Assembly (NCBI GenBank): GCA_045660045.1
Contig: JAZRDB010000012.1
Coordinates: 1-53,868 of the forward strand
Direction: 5' to 3'
DNA length: 53,868 nucleotides
Origin: Alphaproteobacteria bacterium
GTDB taxonomy: Bacteria > Pseudomonadota > Alphaproteobacteria > CAAHEQ01 > UBA3637
In this document: positions 20,272-31,627 of the stretch, piece after piece
How positions within the stretch are numbered: position 1 is the first letter of the stretch
Layout: every line of letters begins with the position of its first letter
Position numbers and translations under genes: made by a program
The notes under the pieces: generated by a model
Database searches by the model: none
Told to the model about the DNA's origin: nothing
What the model saw: the letters and a program-made list of their open reading frames with translations, nothing else

Positions 20272-21240
20272 ATGGCAACAAAAAAACAAGTCTTTTTGGA
20301 AAAAATCTCTATCGCGCCAATGTTAGATTGGACGGATCGCCATTTTCGTTATTTCATGCGCCTGATTACCAAGCGAGCCACACTCTATACCGAAATGGTC
20401 GCTGCCCCTGCTTTAATTTTAGGCAAAAAAGATCAGTTACTGCAATATAATCCCGAGGAACATCCTGTTATTTTACAGGTTGGTGGATCTGATCCCAAAC
20501 AAATGGCTTTATGTGCTAAAATGGCCGCTGAGTACGGCTATGATGGGATCAACATCAATGCAGGATGCCCAAGTTCTCGTGTGCAGTCTGGACGCTTTGG
20601 AGCCCTATTAATGAAAACACCAGAATTGGTCGCCGATTGCGTGGCCGAAATGAAAGCCGCTTCTCCCCTGCCCGTTTCCGTTAAAACGCGCATTGCTTTG
20701 GAAGGCACAGAAAATGGTTTTCAGGCACTTTTACACTTTGCTGATTTAGTGAAGCAAGCTGGCTGCTCACACTTAATCGTTCACGCAAGAAAGGCCAAAC
20801 TCAATTGGTCACCCGAGGATAATCGCAAGCGCCTGCCCTTAGATTATGACACCGTTTATAAATTAAAACAATCGTTTCCAGACATGCCAATCTCTATTAA
20901 TGGGAATGTGCTGACATTGGATGATGCTGCCAAACATTTGGAACACATGGATGGCGTAATGATCGGGCGAGTTGCTTATGGCAATCCTTATTTAATGAAA
21001 GACATTGATGCCCATTTTTATGACGACCAACATACTATTCCTACCCGTACCGAAATTTTGGAACAAATGATTCCTTATCTTCAAAAAAATCAACAATTTT
21101 TAAGTGTTATTTTACCACATATGATGGGCTTGTTCCACGGCACGCCCATTTCAAAGGCCTATAAACAAACTCTGAACAATCGCAATTTGGACGATATTAT
21201 TTCTTTTTTATCCGCTTTGAGGGCGTCACAATCCCTGTAG
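20272..21240 (+). CDS. dusA: tRNA dihydrouridine synthase DusA
   Basis: APMLDWTDRHFRYF, INAGCPSSRVQSGRFGA, IVHARKA. Confidence 0.95.
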   Translation: MATKKQVFLEKISIAPMLDWTDRHFRYFMRLITKRATLYTEMVAAPALILGKKDQLLQYNPEEHPVILQVGGSDPKQMALCAKMAAEYGYDGININAGCPSSRVQSGRFGALLMKTPELVADCVAEMKAASPLPVSVKTRIALEGTENGFQALLHFADLVKQAGCSHLIVHARKAKLNWSPEDNRKRLPLDYDTVYKLKQSFPDMPISINGNVLTLDDAAKHLEHMDGVMIGRVAYGNPYLMKDIDAHFYDDQHTIPTRTEILEQMIPYLQKNQQFLSVILPHMMGLFHGTPISKAYKQTLNNRNLDDIISFLSALRASQSL

Positions 21241-21835
21241 AAATCACCATTTTAATGGCATCATCCACACGCATATCCAGCTCTTTTATTTCCTTTTTGG
21301 AAACATACAACATAAATCCAGATGTTGGGTTCGGTGTTGTTGGCACAAAGACAGTCACAACATCATTGGGCAATAACTGGGCGAAACCTTCATAAACAGG
21401 TGTTGTTAAAAAAGCAATTGTCCAAACGCCTTTGCGCGGATATTCCACCAAGACAGCTTTACGAAAAGCACTGGTGCTACCTTGTCCTAACAATGTTTCA
21501 AACAGCTTTTTCAATGCCGAATAAACACCAGAGATAACAGGAATGCGCTCAATAATACGTTGACCAATCCCCATTAACCAACGGCCAAAAATATTGACGG
21601 CCAACATCCCAATAACAATTAACGCCAACACCAACAACAACACACCCAATCCAGGCAAACCATACGGCAAATATGTTTCTGGATTATATTTGGCTGGAAT
21701 AAAGCGCACAACCGAAGAATCTACCCACTTGAATAGCTCAACCGCTAAATATAATGTAATAGCAATCGGAGCCGTCACTAAAATACCAGTAAAAAAGTAT
21801 GTTTTAAGCGTGTGTTTTGGCTTTTCTTTATCCAT
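21197..21835 (-). CDS. DUF502 membrane protein
   Basis: VLVEYPRKG, VFVPTTPNPTSGF. Confidence 0.9.
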   Translation of the reverse strand: MDKEKPKHTLKTYFFTGILVTAPIAITLYLAVELFKWVDSSVVRFIPAKYNPETYLPYGLPGLGVLLLVLALIVIGMLAVNIFGRWLMGIGQRIIERIPVISGVYSALKKLFETLLGQGSTSAFRKAVLVEYPRKGVWTIAFLTTPVYEGFAQLLPNDVVTVFVPTTPNPTSGFMLYVSKKEIKELDMRVDDAIKMVISTGIVTPSKRIKKK

Positions 21836-21942
21836 ACTAGCCTCCTTTTTGTTTATTTTAGTTGAAAATAGAAAAAAATCAATGTTTTTTTTATTGACAA
21901 CAACAAAATTCAATAGTATCCTGTAAAATATAAGGTAGCTGT

Positions 21943-23259
21943 ATGAAAAACATTCTTTTACTTATATTTGTGATTTTGTTTTCAACACATACTCTTGCCT
22001 TTGGTGGCGGCGGAGGTGGTGGTCGTACCCGTCGTTTTTATGAACGCCATGGTGGTGTAGATACCATTGGTGTCCACATTCATGAAAATGGGGAAAAGCC
22101 CGATATTCATTTTTGTAATCCCTGTGAGGATCCTGTGGATGATCAATGTGTACCCAGAACTTGTGGCGACAATCAACATTGTGATGCACAACAAGACAAA
22201 TGCGTTTGTAACGATGGTTTTGAAGAAGTTGACAACGAGTGCTTAACATCCTGTAAAGAACATGAAATACGCGATGAAGATAATGACTGTGTTTGCGAAC
22301 AAGGATATGAGACATGGCAACAAGCGTGTGTACCTGTTTGTGAAGAAGGCCAAGTTCGTGATGCAAGTGGCATTTGCCAAGACAATCCATGTAAAGCAGC
22401 CAGCTATGATATTTACTGTCAATCTTGTGCAGTAGTTGATGGCGCAGCAAGCATCTCCAATATCAATGAAGACGGATCTTGTGGCAAAAATAATAATTAT
22501 ATTTGTATTTCGGGTGTTTGCACTAATCCATGCAAAGACACAGAAGATACAATTTGTATTGAACACATTGCTCAAAATGGTGTTTGTATTATTCAAGTCC
22601 ATTCTGACAAAGCTTGTGGCTCAGATCCGAATTTACGCTGTGGTAATGCTGGTGATTGTTCATCATGTGCCTCTGGATATGAGTACTGGCATGGGCAATG
22701 TTTGGAACCATGCACAGGAGAAGGATACTCTCGTGATGAAAACGGCAATTGTACAAATTGTCCATCAAAAGCATCTTTAATAACAACAGAAGAATTATGT
22801 TTGTCTTGTTCTGATAAATATTATTGGACCGGAACTGCCTGCTTAGCTGCCTGTGCTGCTGGGAAATACCACAATTTGTCTGGTAACTCTTGCAACAGTT
22901 GTACCACAGACCAGCGTTCTGCGGCAACTCCTCGCGAATGCCTCAACAGTTGTGGCGACGATCGAATGGTCATTTATCAAGAAGAAGACGGCGTGGTAAC
23001 TTATTATTGTGCAGTTAGAACATGCTCTGAAGGTAAATTCCACATCACAGACGGAAAAAACAATGGCCAGTGTAGAGAATGCACCATTAACATAGGAGTG
23101 AAATCCACTCCTGAAGAGTGTGCTCGATGCACAAATGCCTTGCGTTATCATGATGGCATTTACTGCCGACCATGTCCGACAAACATCAGCGAAGCCAATA
23201 TACATAGCTGCGAAAGATGTTTTGGTGGCACTTTCAACGACGGCACCTGCACTCAATAA
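21943..23259 (+). CDS. secreted cysteine-rich protein, family member 1
   Basis: Signal peptide, AFGG...GVDTIGVHI motif, EGF/furin-like CxCxxG(F/Y) and CxxC repeats. Confidence 0.85.
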   Translation: MKNILLLIFVILFSTHTLAFGGGGGGGRTRRFYERHGGVDTIGVHIHENGEKPDIHFCNPCEDPVDDQCVPRTCGDNQHCDAQQDKCVCNDGFEEVDNECLTSCKEHEIRDEDNDCVCEQGYETWQQACVPVCEEGQVRDASGICQDNPCKAASYDIYCQSCAVVDGAASISNINEDGSCGKNNNYICISGVCTNPCKDTEDTICIEHIAQNGVCIIQVHSDKACGSDPNLRCGNAGDCSSCASGYEYWHGQCLEPCTGEGYSRDENGNCTNCPSKASLITTEELCLSCSDKYYWTGTACLAACAAGKYHNLSGNSCNSCTTDQRSAATPRECLNSCGDDRMVIYQEEDGVVTYYCAVRTCSEGKFHITDGKNNGQCRECTINIGVKSTPEECARCTNALRYHDGIYCRPCPTNISEANIHSCERCFGGTFNDGTCTQ

Positions 23260-23319
23260 GGGATCTGAGCATAATCTGATAGGTTTGGCTAAAAAAATAA
23301 ATCTATTTGAATTTTGTGC

Positions 23320-23348
23320 TTGACAATCGGTCCAAAATCGTGTATAAA
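23320..23348 (+). promoter_or_regulatory. sigma70-like promoter for rplU-rpmA
   Basis: TTGACA-17 nt-TATAAA. Confidence 0.7.
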
Positions 23349-23382
23349 TATAGCACTTTTAATTTTAACAAAGGGATAAAAG

Positions 23383-23682
23383 ATGTTTGCAATTATTAAG
23401 ACAGGCGGAAAACAATACCGCGTCAAGAAGGATGATGTCCTCTTGGTTGAAAAGATTGAAGGCAAAGATGGCGCCAAAATTTCTTTTGACGAAGTGTTGG
23501 CCGTGGGCGACAAAGTTGGCACACCAACTGTGAAGGGTGCTTCTGTGGCCGCTGAAATCGTGAAACAAGCTCGTGGCGAAAAAGTAATCGTCTTCAAAAA
23601 AATTCGTCGTCATGGCTATAAACGGAAAAATGGTCATAAACAAGATTTGACCTTGGTCAAGATTACAGATATTAAAGCATAA
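23383..23682 (+). CDS. rplU: 50S ribosomal protein L21
   Basis: MFAIIKTGGKQYRV...GHKQ. Confidence 0.98.
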   Translation: MFAIIKTGGKQYRVKKDDVLLVEKIEGKDGAKISFDEVLAVGDKVGTPTVKGASVAAEIVKQARGEKVIVFKKIRRHGYKRKNGHKQDLTLVKITDIKA

Positions 23683-23692
23683 GGAGTAACAG

Positions 23693-23950
23693 ATGGCACA
23701 TAAAAAAGCGGGCGGTTCCGTTAGCAACAAACAAGACTCAGCCGGTCGTCGGTTGGGGTTAAAGAAATCTGGTGGTCAATCCGTTGTTGCCGGTAATATT
23801 ATCGTGCGTCAACGTGGTACAGTGTACTATCCTGGTAAAAACGTAGGCATGGGTACAGACCATACAATTTTTGCAACAGTTGATGGTACAGTTCAATTCA
23901 CACATGGTGCAAAAGATCGCACAACAGTGAATGTGATTCCTGCCAAATAA
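23693..23950 (+). CDS. rpmA: 50S ribosomal protein L27
   Basis: MAHKKAGGS...RRLGLK...GNIIVRQRG. Confidence 0.98.
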   Translation: MAHKKAGGSVSNKQDSAGRRLGLKKSGGQSVVAGNIIVRQRGTVYYPGKNVGMGTDHTIFATVDGTVQFTHGAKDRTTVNVIPAK

Positions 23951-23972
23951 CTTTAAGCAAACAAAACCTTTT

Positions 23973-25033
<1,061 letters not shown>

Positions 25034-25040
25034 TTTATCT

Positions 25041-25253
25041 TTACGGGACTGGATCATAGCCACCTTTGGCCCACGGGTGACAACGAAGTAATCGTTTAAT
25101 TGCTAAATATGTTCCCTTGAAAAAGCCATACTTTTGATACGCCTCTTTAGCATATTCAGAACATGTTGGTTGAAACCGACAACAATTTCCCACTAAACTG
25201 GCAAACGTCAGCTGATACAAACGTACAAAATTAGCTATTATCTTTTTTATCAT
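25041..25253 (-). CDS. yidD: membrane protein insertion efficiency factor YidD
   Basis: CRFQPTCSEYA...RLLRCHPW..GGYDPVP. Confidence 0.93.
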   Translation of the reverse strand: MIKKIIANFVRLYQLTFASLVGNCCRFQPTCSEYAKEAYQKYGFFKGTYLAIKRLLRCHPWAKGGYDPVP

Positions 25254-25593
25254 CTGTGGCCTCGTGCACATGGTCCAACAAATAGGCAAAATCCTTTGTC
25301 AGCTGCGCATAATCACGATTCAACGCCTCGCTTCTGGCAATCAAAACGATATCATGGGATGGATATTTTCCTTGTAAATCAGATGACAAGCGCACAATTT
25401 CGCGCATTTGACGACGCAAACGATTTCGCACCACCGCCAATTTAGAAATCTTTTTAGAAACGGTAAAACCAACACGCGTTGTGTTTTTATCATTGGAGCG
25501 CACTTGCAACACAAAGGTCTTGGTGAAAGCCTTTGTCGGCGTTTCACGCATTTCCAAAAAATCCAAGTGTCGCTTCATCCGTACCAATGTCAT
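25231..25593 (-). CDS. rnpA: RNase P protein component
   Basis: RVGFTVSKK...AVVRNRLRRQMRE. Confidence 0.93.
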   Translation of the reverse strand: MTLVRMKRHLDFLEMRETPTKAFTKTFVLQVRSNDKNTTRVGFTVSKKISKLAVVRNRLRRQMREIVRLSSDLQGKYPSHDIVLIARSEALNRDYAQLTKDFAYLLDHVHEATDDKKDNS

Positions 25594-25662
25594 TTCATAC
25601 CTTTCATAAAAAAAGCACCCAATCATCATTTGTGGGTGCTTTCAATTTTGATCTCCCTACCC

Positions 25663-25803
25663 TTAGATAGCAATCTTTTTACGGCCCTTGGCACGACGAG
25701 CATTCAAAACTTTTTGACCGCCCTTTGTTTCCATACGAGCACGGAACCCATGACGACGTGTACGCACCAATTTACTGGGTTGATATGTTTGTTTTGTTGA
25801 CAT
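25663..25803 (-). CDS. rpmH: 50S ribosomal protein L34 (absent from the ORF track)
   Basis: Manual translation [46 protein letters not shown]. Confidence 0.97.
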   Translation of the reverse strand: MSTKQTYQPSKLVRTRRHGFRARMETKGGQKVLNARRAKGRKKIAI

Positions 25804-25861
25804 GTTATCTCCTTCATTTAAAAAACTGATGGAGATATTATAACAAAATACAAATGCCTTG

Positions 25862-26371
25862 TCAATCTTTTTTTATCAGATTTTTCAAATTTGCAAAAGG
25901 TCGATTGCCAGAATCTCCCTTCTCCATATAGTCACCAGAAACATCAGGCTTGCGCGGAAACGGATTCATATTCAAGCCAACTTGTTCGGCCACGATATCA
26001 AAAATATCCAATCGTCCTCGCTCAATAGGCACAATGTCATCTTCCATCTCACCCTCTTTAATAACAGGGATATTTTCAGCAAACAAGGCTTCAAAATCTG
26101 TATCCAACATTTCTTCACATGGGTCCAACGAGACAACACAAATACGCTCTAATTCGGCTTTTATATGTCCATAAACACGAATTAAATCTTCCTCAATCGT
26201 GGCATTGACATGTGCCGTTAAACTTTTAACCGAGGGAATTTCAAAACGTTCGGCAATTTTGGCACACTGCGCCGGCGTAGCCACAAAATCCCCATGCCAT
26301 CCATCGGGACCTATTTCACCCAAAAACAGCACTTTATTTAAGCCTTTTTCTTCTTTTTTGCTTTTTTCCAT
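25862..26371 (-). CDS. YceD/DUF177 family protein
   Basis: [28 protein letters not shown]. Confidence 0.85.
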   Translation of the reverse strand: MEKSKKEEKGLNKVLFLGEIGPDGWHGDFVATPAQCAKIAERFEIPSVKSLTAHVNATIEEDLIRVYGHIKAELERICVVSLDPCEEMLDTDFEALFAENIPVIKEGEMEDDIVPIERGRLDIFDIVAEQVGLNMNPFPRKPDVSGDYMEKGDSGNRPFANLKNLIKKD

Positions 26372-26419
26372 TGACGAACGCCTTTCTTTTCTATATTATA
26401 ACTTATTATAACAAAAAGG

Positions 26420-26878
26420 ATGAAAATGTTCAATATTGTATTTTGCTTTTTAAGTGTTTTATGTTTAACCGCTTGTGGTTTGGAAAAGTATAAGTCCAGT
26501 GATTTACCGGCGACCGCTCGTCTGGAATCCGTTAAAGTTGGCGATTCCAAAGATAAAGTGTTACGCGTTTTAGGTACTCCAAACTATGAAAGCAATAATG
26601 CTGAAGGTGTGGGAGACATCATGTTCTATGCCGAAGCAAAAAAAGAAAGTCGCATTTTCTTTGATCCAAAGGTTGTTGAACGTGATATTTATGTTTACAC
26701 ATTCAAAAACAATAAAGTATCCGATATTCAACACTTAACCTTGGATGATGCTCAACATGTATCTTATGAATCGGATAGCACCAAGGTTGGAGGCAAAGAG
26801 TTATCTGTATTGCGTCAATTAGCCGACAACTTTGGACGCTATAATGCTGGCGGTCAGGACAGCACTCAACGGAGGTAA
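26420..26878 (+). CDS. bamE: outer membrane assembly lipoprotein BamE/SmpA
   Basis: Lipobox LTAC, VGDSKDKVLRVLGTP; divergent from yceD. Confidence 0.8.
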   Translation: MKMFNIVFCFLSVLCLTACGLEKYKSSDLPATARLESVKVGDSKDKVLRVLGTPNYESNNAEGVGDIMFYAEAKKESRIFFDPKVVERDIYVYTFKNNKVSDIQHLTLDDAQHVSYESDSTKVGGKELSVLRQLADNFGRYNAGGQDSTQRR

Positions 26879-26879
26879 A

Positions 26880-28868
26880 ATGAGCGATTTATTTGAAGCG
26901 ACCGAAACAAAAAACAGCTATTCCGCCAAAGATATTGAGGTTTTGGAAGGTCTAGAACCTGTTCGCAAACGCCCCGGCATGTATATTGGTGGTATAGATG
27001 AACGTGCCTATCACCATTTGGTTGCTGAAATCATTGACAATGCAATGGATGAAGCTGTTGCAGGTTATGCGACAAATATAGAAGTTTCTTTGGACGCCGA
27101 TAACTATGTTACCGTAAAGGATAATGGACGCGGTATCCCCGTGGATCCACACCCAAAGTTCCCCGACAAATCTGCTTTGGAAGTGATTACAACAACATTG
27201 CACTCTGGTGGTAAATTCGGTGGTGGCGCTTATAACGTGTCTGGTGGTTTGCATGGCGTTGGTTTATCGGCCGTGAATGCCCTGTCCAGCCATATGATTA
27301 TTGAAGTTGCTAAAGACAAACAACTTTATCGTCAAGAATATGCTAAAGGCAAACCTTTAACGCCAGTTCAATGCGTGGGCGCCGTTTCTAATCGTCGCGG
27401 CACAAGTGTGCGCTTTTTACCTGATACAGAAATCTTTGGAGAAAGCATTAAATTTAAACCAGCCACTCTCTTCCGCATGGCACGTCAAAAAGCATTCCTC
27501 TTCCGTGGTGTTGAAGTTCGCTGGAATTGTGATCCCGCTCTTATTCAAGGTGAAGATAAAACCCCGACAGAGCAAATTTTAAAATTCCCTAATGGGGTCG
27601 CCGATTATTTAGATTTTTTAATGAAAGGCCGCTCTCAAGTCACTAAACCATTTACAGGACGCGTAGATTTTCCAGACAATCAAGGCGCTGTGGAATGGGC
27701 CATTTGTTGGCCGAATGATTTTGGAGATGCTTTTGAGCAATCCTATTGTAATACTGTTCCAACCCCACTTGGTGGTACACATACAACGGGCATGAAAATT
27801 TGTCTTACGAAAGGAATCAAGGCCTTTGCTGATATGATCGGCAACAAACGTGCCGGCGATGTCACGAGTGATGATATTTTGAATACTGCGGCGGTCATGA
27901 TTTCCGTTTTCATTCGTGATCCGCAATTCCAAGGTCAAACCAAAGAACGTTTAGTCACAACAAGTGCCACAAAATTGGTTGAAAACGCGATGAAGGATCC
28001 ATTTGACCACTGGCTCAGCCGTGACACAAAATCCGCTACAGCTTTATTAGAATGGATTATTGAAAGATCCGAAGAACGCAAGCGCCATAAAAAAGCTGTT
28101 GAAACACAGCGCGCCAGTGCAACAAAGAAATTACGTCTGCCAGGAAAATTAGCCGACTGTTCTCACAAATCTGTGGAAGGCACAGAATTGTTCCTGGTTG
28201 AGGGTGATTCCGCTGGCGGCTCTGCAAAACAGGCGCGCAACCGCACACATCAAGCGATTTTGCCTTTGCGCGGTAAGATTTTGAATGTGATTTCCGCCAG
28301 CCAAGATAAAATTCATGCTAACGAAGAAATCAATGATATGATTGAAGCCTTGGGCTGTGGACAACGTGATAAATATGATGAAAGCAAACTGCGTTATGAA
28401 AAGGTCATTGTGATGACAGATGCCGATGTGGATGGTGCGCATATTGCCAGTTTGCTCATGAGTTTCTTTTATCAAGAAATGCCAAAGTTAATTGAAAATG
28501 GTCATTTATATTTGGCTCTCCCCCCACTTTATCGTATTACACAGGGGGGGAAATCTGTCTATGCGCAAGATGATGCCGAAAAAGACAAACTATTGGCAAC
28601 AACTTTCAAAGGGAAAAATGTGGAAGTGTCACGCTTTAAAGGTCTGGGTGAAATGCCCCCCTATCAATTAAAAGAAACAACAATGGATCCAACAAAGCGT
28701 ACTCTTTTAAAAGTACTGGTGCCCAGTAAATCTGCTTCCAGCGAAGAAGAACAAGAAGAATCTGCTTATACAAAAGACATTGTGAACAAATTAATGGGAA
28801 ATAAGCCGGAATATCGTTTTCAATTCATTCAAGAACACGCCAAATTCGTTGAAAACTTGGATATTTAA
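26880..28868 (+). CDS. parE: DNA topoisomerase IV subunit B
   Basis: MSDLF...YSAKDIEVLEGLEPVRKRPGMY, EGDSAGGSAKQAR, MTDADVDGAHI; lacks the GyrB insertion. Confidence 0.9.
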   Translation: MSDLFEATETKNSYSAKDIEVLEGLEPVRKRPGMYIGGIDERAYHHLVAEIIDNAMDEAVAGYATNIEVSLDADNYVTVKDNGRGIPVDPHPKFPDKSALEVITTTLHSGGKFGGGAYNVSGGLHGVGLSAVNALSSHMIIEVAKDKQLYRQEYAKGKPLTPVQCVGAVSNRRGTSVRFLPDTEIFGESIKFKPATLFRMARQKAFLFRGVEVRWNCDPALIQGEDKTPTEQILKFPNGVADYLDFLMKGRSQVTKPFTGRVDFPDNQGAVEWAICWPNDFGDAFEQSYCNTVPTPLGGTHTTGMKICLTKGIKAFADMIGNKRAGDVTSDDILNTAAVMISVFIRDPQFQGQTKERLVTTSATKLVENAMKDPFDHWLSRDTKSATALLEWIIERSEERKRHKKAVETQRASATKKLRLPGKLADCSHKSVEGTELFLVEGDSAGGSAKQARNRTHQAILPLRGKILNVISASQDKIHANEEINDMIEALGCGQRDKYDESKLRYEKVIVMTDADVDGAHIASLLMSFFYQEMPKLIENGHLYLALPPLYRITQGGKSVYAQDDAEKDKLLATTFKGKNVEVSRFKGLGEMPPYQLKETTMDPTKRTLLKVLVPSKSASSEEEQEESAYTKDIVNKLMGNKPEYRFQFIQEHAKFVENLDI

Positions 28869-28877
28869 GGAGCAACA

Positions 28878-29423
28878 ATGGGACAAACAATTACCATTTC
28901 TGGTTCGGTTGGCAGCGGTAAATCTACTGTGTCAAAGATGTTAGCACAAAAACTCGGTTGGCAATATTATTCCACAGGAATGGCACAACGCAAAATTGCC
29001 GAAGAAATGGGATTAACAACAATTGAACTTAATGCTCTAACCATCAAAGATAAATCCATTGATGAACGCATTGATGCCGTCTTTAAAAATCCACCATGGG
29101 GGAAAGACAATTGTGTTGTGGATTCAAGATTGGCTTTTCACTTTGTACCCAAATCGTTTAAGGTATGTCTGACTGTGCAAGACAAAGTGGCCGGCGAACG
29201 TATTTTTAATGATACAACTCGTTCGGGTGAACGTAAATATGATTCTATTCAACAATCTACCGCAGCGGCCATTGAGCGCCATCAATTAGAGTTAGAGCAC
29301 TTCAAAAAGAATTACGGATTAGATATTGATAACAAAGCAAATTTTGATTTAGTTATTGACACAACCCATCTAACTCCCGAACAAGTTTGTCAAGCGATTT
29401 TAGCAACCCTAAAATGTGGATAA
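28878..29423 (+). CDS. cytidylate kinase, short archaeal-like type
   Basis: ITISGSVGSGKST, IDERID, VVDSRLA, FDLVIDTT. Confidence 0.8.
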   Translation: MGQTITISGSVGSGKSTVSKMLAQKLGWQYYSTGMAQRKIAEEMGLTTIELNALTIKDKSIDERIDAVFKNPPWGKDNCVVDSRLAFHFVPKSFKVCLTVQDKVAGERIFNDTTRSGERKYDSIQQSTAAAIERHQLELEHFKKNYGLDIDNKANFDLVIDTTHLTPEQVCQAILATLKCG

Positions 29424-29424
29424 A

Positions 29425-30195
29425 CTATCTGCTCTTTGCTTTTGCCGCACGAGCTCTCGTCATCTGTTGAATTGTTCGTGCCATTTGATCGTGTTGCATT
29501 TGTTGTTGAAACACACGATTTCCAATATTCTGTTGTACCAAATCACGATGGGCTTCATACAACAAAGCACGGAAATTTCGGAGCAAATCTTTGTCATGTG
29601 GCGTCTTAGCAAAATTCTTTAAAAAACTTTCTAAATTCTTTGGGTTTTCCATAATTGCCAACAACATGCTTCGCTCTGATCCATCAATCACCTGGAACAA
29701 ATTAGATAATAATGTTTTTGTCATTCCATCAATAGGGGTGCCACCACCAGCAATAACATCCAACAATTTGATGAATTCCTGAACTTCTGGATCCTCTTCT
29801 CTACGACGCGCATTTAAACGGGCGCGTTGAGCCAAACGCATCAACAAAAAAGGCGTCATTTTTTCGTTTGTTTCCATGTAAAGTTGAGCACCAGTTTGCT
29901 CCAAAATTGACACAAATACACTTTGTGTTGATAAAGGCATCATCAAAAAACTTTGTTTCATTTGATTGATTAAACCCTGAGGCAACATTTGCGCTTCAAG
30001 CAAGGCTAATCCTGTTTGAACAAGATCTTGTTTTTTCCCTTCACACGCGCTGCATTTCAATACCTTTTTACCAGCATCCATACCTAAAAATGTCGCATAT
30101 TTTTCACAATAAAAGGGCATCGTCTTAGGCAAGAATGAACGGCTTGCCAAAAACGGACAATTTACAGGACAAAAATTTTCATTTTTATTATTCAT
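29425..30195 (-). CDS. hypothetical protein with N-terminal Cys cluster
   Basis: CPVNCPF...FYCEKY...CSAC, helical body, basic tail RARAAKAKSR. Confidence 0.7.
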   Translation of the reverse strand: MNNKNENFCPVNCPFLASRSFLPKTMPFYCEKYATFLGMDAGKKVLKCSACEGKKQDLVQTGLALLEAQMLPQGLINQMKQSFLMMPLSTQSVFVSILEQTGAQLYMETNEKMTPFLLMRLAQRARLNARRREEDPEVQEFIKLLDVIAGGGTPIDGMTKTLLSNLFQVIDGSERSMLLAIMENPKNLESFLKNFAKTPHDKDLLRNFRALLYEAHRDLVQQNIGNRVFQQQMQHDQMARTIQQMTRARAAKAKSR

Positions 30196-30238
30196 GTTTT
30201 CAAAGTACTACTCTTTTTATAAAAAGACAAGCAAAAAA

Positions 30239-30940
30239 TTATTTCAAAATTCCTTGAGCACGCATCGAATGAACGTGACGATTACCCCCAACAATTAAAT
30301 GTTCTACCAACCGAACACCCGCCGCATCTAACATTTTGGCAATCGCTTCTGTTGTTCGAATATCTTCCACAGAGGGCATCGCTTCACCAGATGGGTGATT
30401 ATGCACCAAAATAATCTGTGTCGCATCCAAATTCAATGCTTCCTTTAAAATGGCTTTGGGTGAAACAGAAACATGGTTGGTAGACCCAATGATTTCCTTT
30501 TTTGCCTGAATTAATTTCAGCTTTGCATCCAAGTATAAGATGTATAATACTTCCACCGTTTGACCAACATACAACGTATTCACATAATCAATCAAACGCT
30601 CCCAGTTTGAAAGTACAGGACGCTTTTCGATCTTACCAAGAGTCATTTCCTGCGCAACACGACGAATAAGCGATAAAAATCGAACTGTCTTTTCCTTAAT
30701 GCCTTTTACCTGAATCAATTCCGATTCTTTGGCACTCATCACACCACTTAATGATTTAAATTTTTCCAACAATTCACGCACGATAGGCTTCACATCTCGC
30801 CTTGGAATTGCGTGCATCAATAAAACTTCCAACAGTTCCGCCTCGGTCAATGAATCCATTCCCTTTTGGGAAATTTTATCATCCATCCGTTTACGATGTC
30901 CATAGTACCATGGCTTGGTTTGGGATTGATTATCGGACAT
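30239..30940 (-). CDS. radC: RadC / JAB domain protein
   Basis: GHRKRM, ELLEVLL..IPRRDVKP, ILVHNHPSG..PSVED. Confidence 0.93.
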   Translation of the reverse strand: MSDNQSQTKPWYYGHRKRMDDKISQKGMDSLTEAELLEVLLMHAIPRRDVKPIVRELLEKFKSLSGVMSAKESELIQVKGIKEKTVRFLSLIRRVAQEMTLGKIEKRPVLSNWERLIDYVNTLYVGQTVEVLYILYLDAKLKLIQAKKEIIGSTNHVSVSPKAILKEALNLDATQIILVHNHPSGEAMPSVEDIRTTEAIAKMLDAAGVRLVEHLIVGGNRHVHSMRAQGILK

Positions 30941-31168
30941 GGTTGCTCCTTCATGAATACATTTTATTATCATTTAAAACAAAAATCAATCTTTTTGTTT
31001 TTCTTCTTACAATCACACAAAAAGTTTTACACAAACAAAACAACCTCAAACAATCATGTCGAAACATCTAAAACTGCTACGATCACTGTAGATAATTTCT
31101 AACACAACTCTTGCGAAAAGATCCCGCACATCCCATCCTTTGATTAAACTCAAACGAAAGGACACATT

Positions 31169-31627
31169 ATGAAAAAAACCTCTTTACTTGTTAAAATCGG
31201 ACGTTTTATTTTCTTACTTGTCTTGGTGAATTTAATCGGTCTTATTGGTGCTGGCTATATGGATGAAGATACAATGGCGTGGTATCACACTCTGCCCGTT
31301 TCCAATTTAAATCCGCCCGATTATTTATTCGGCCTTGTATGGACTATATTACTTTGGCTACAGGCTATCGCTGCCTTTTTGGTTTGGGGCAAAGCTTCAC
31401 CCCGTTATTTTGTTTTACAATTAGCGTTAAACATGTTATGGAGTTTTACCTTCTTTTATTTAAGAAGCCCCGTTTGGGCGCTTGTCGTCTTGGCATTCTT
31501 TATCTTTGCTTTGATGGCCAACATTAAATCATTCGCGCGGGTCAGCCGCATTGCCGCTTGGCTTATTGTACCAACATTACTGTGGGCATTGTTTGCGCTT
31601 TATTTAAATATCATTATTGCGATTTAA
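31169..31627 (+). CDS. tspO: TspO/MBR tryptophan-rich membrane protein
   Basis: WYHTL...NPPDYLFGLVWTIL, QLALNMLWSFTFF. Confidence 0.9.
   Translation: MKKTSLLVKIGRFIFLLVLVNLIGLIGAGYMDEDTMAWYHTLPVSNLNPPDYLFGLVWTILLWLQAIAAFLVWGKASPRYFVLQLALNMLWSFTFFYLRSPVWALVVLAFFIFALMANIKSFARVSRIAAWLIVPTLLWALFALYLNIIIAI

Noticed and set aside
23100..23259. VR-like signal in Cys-rich members 1 and 2
   Set aside because: Neither has a sustained NNC codon run or CLec-type terminal motifs.
30974..31168. A/C-rich intergenic stretch considered as a DGR template repeat or ncRNA
   Set aside because: It shows no similarity to the VR at 43712-43804 and no convincing structure.
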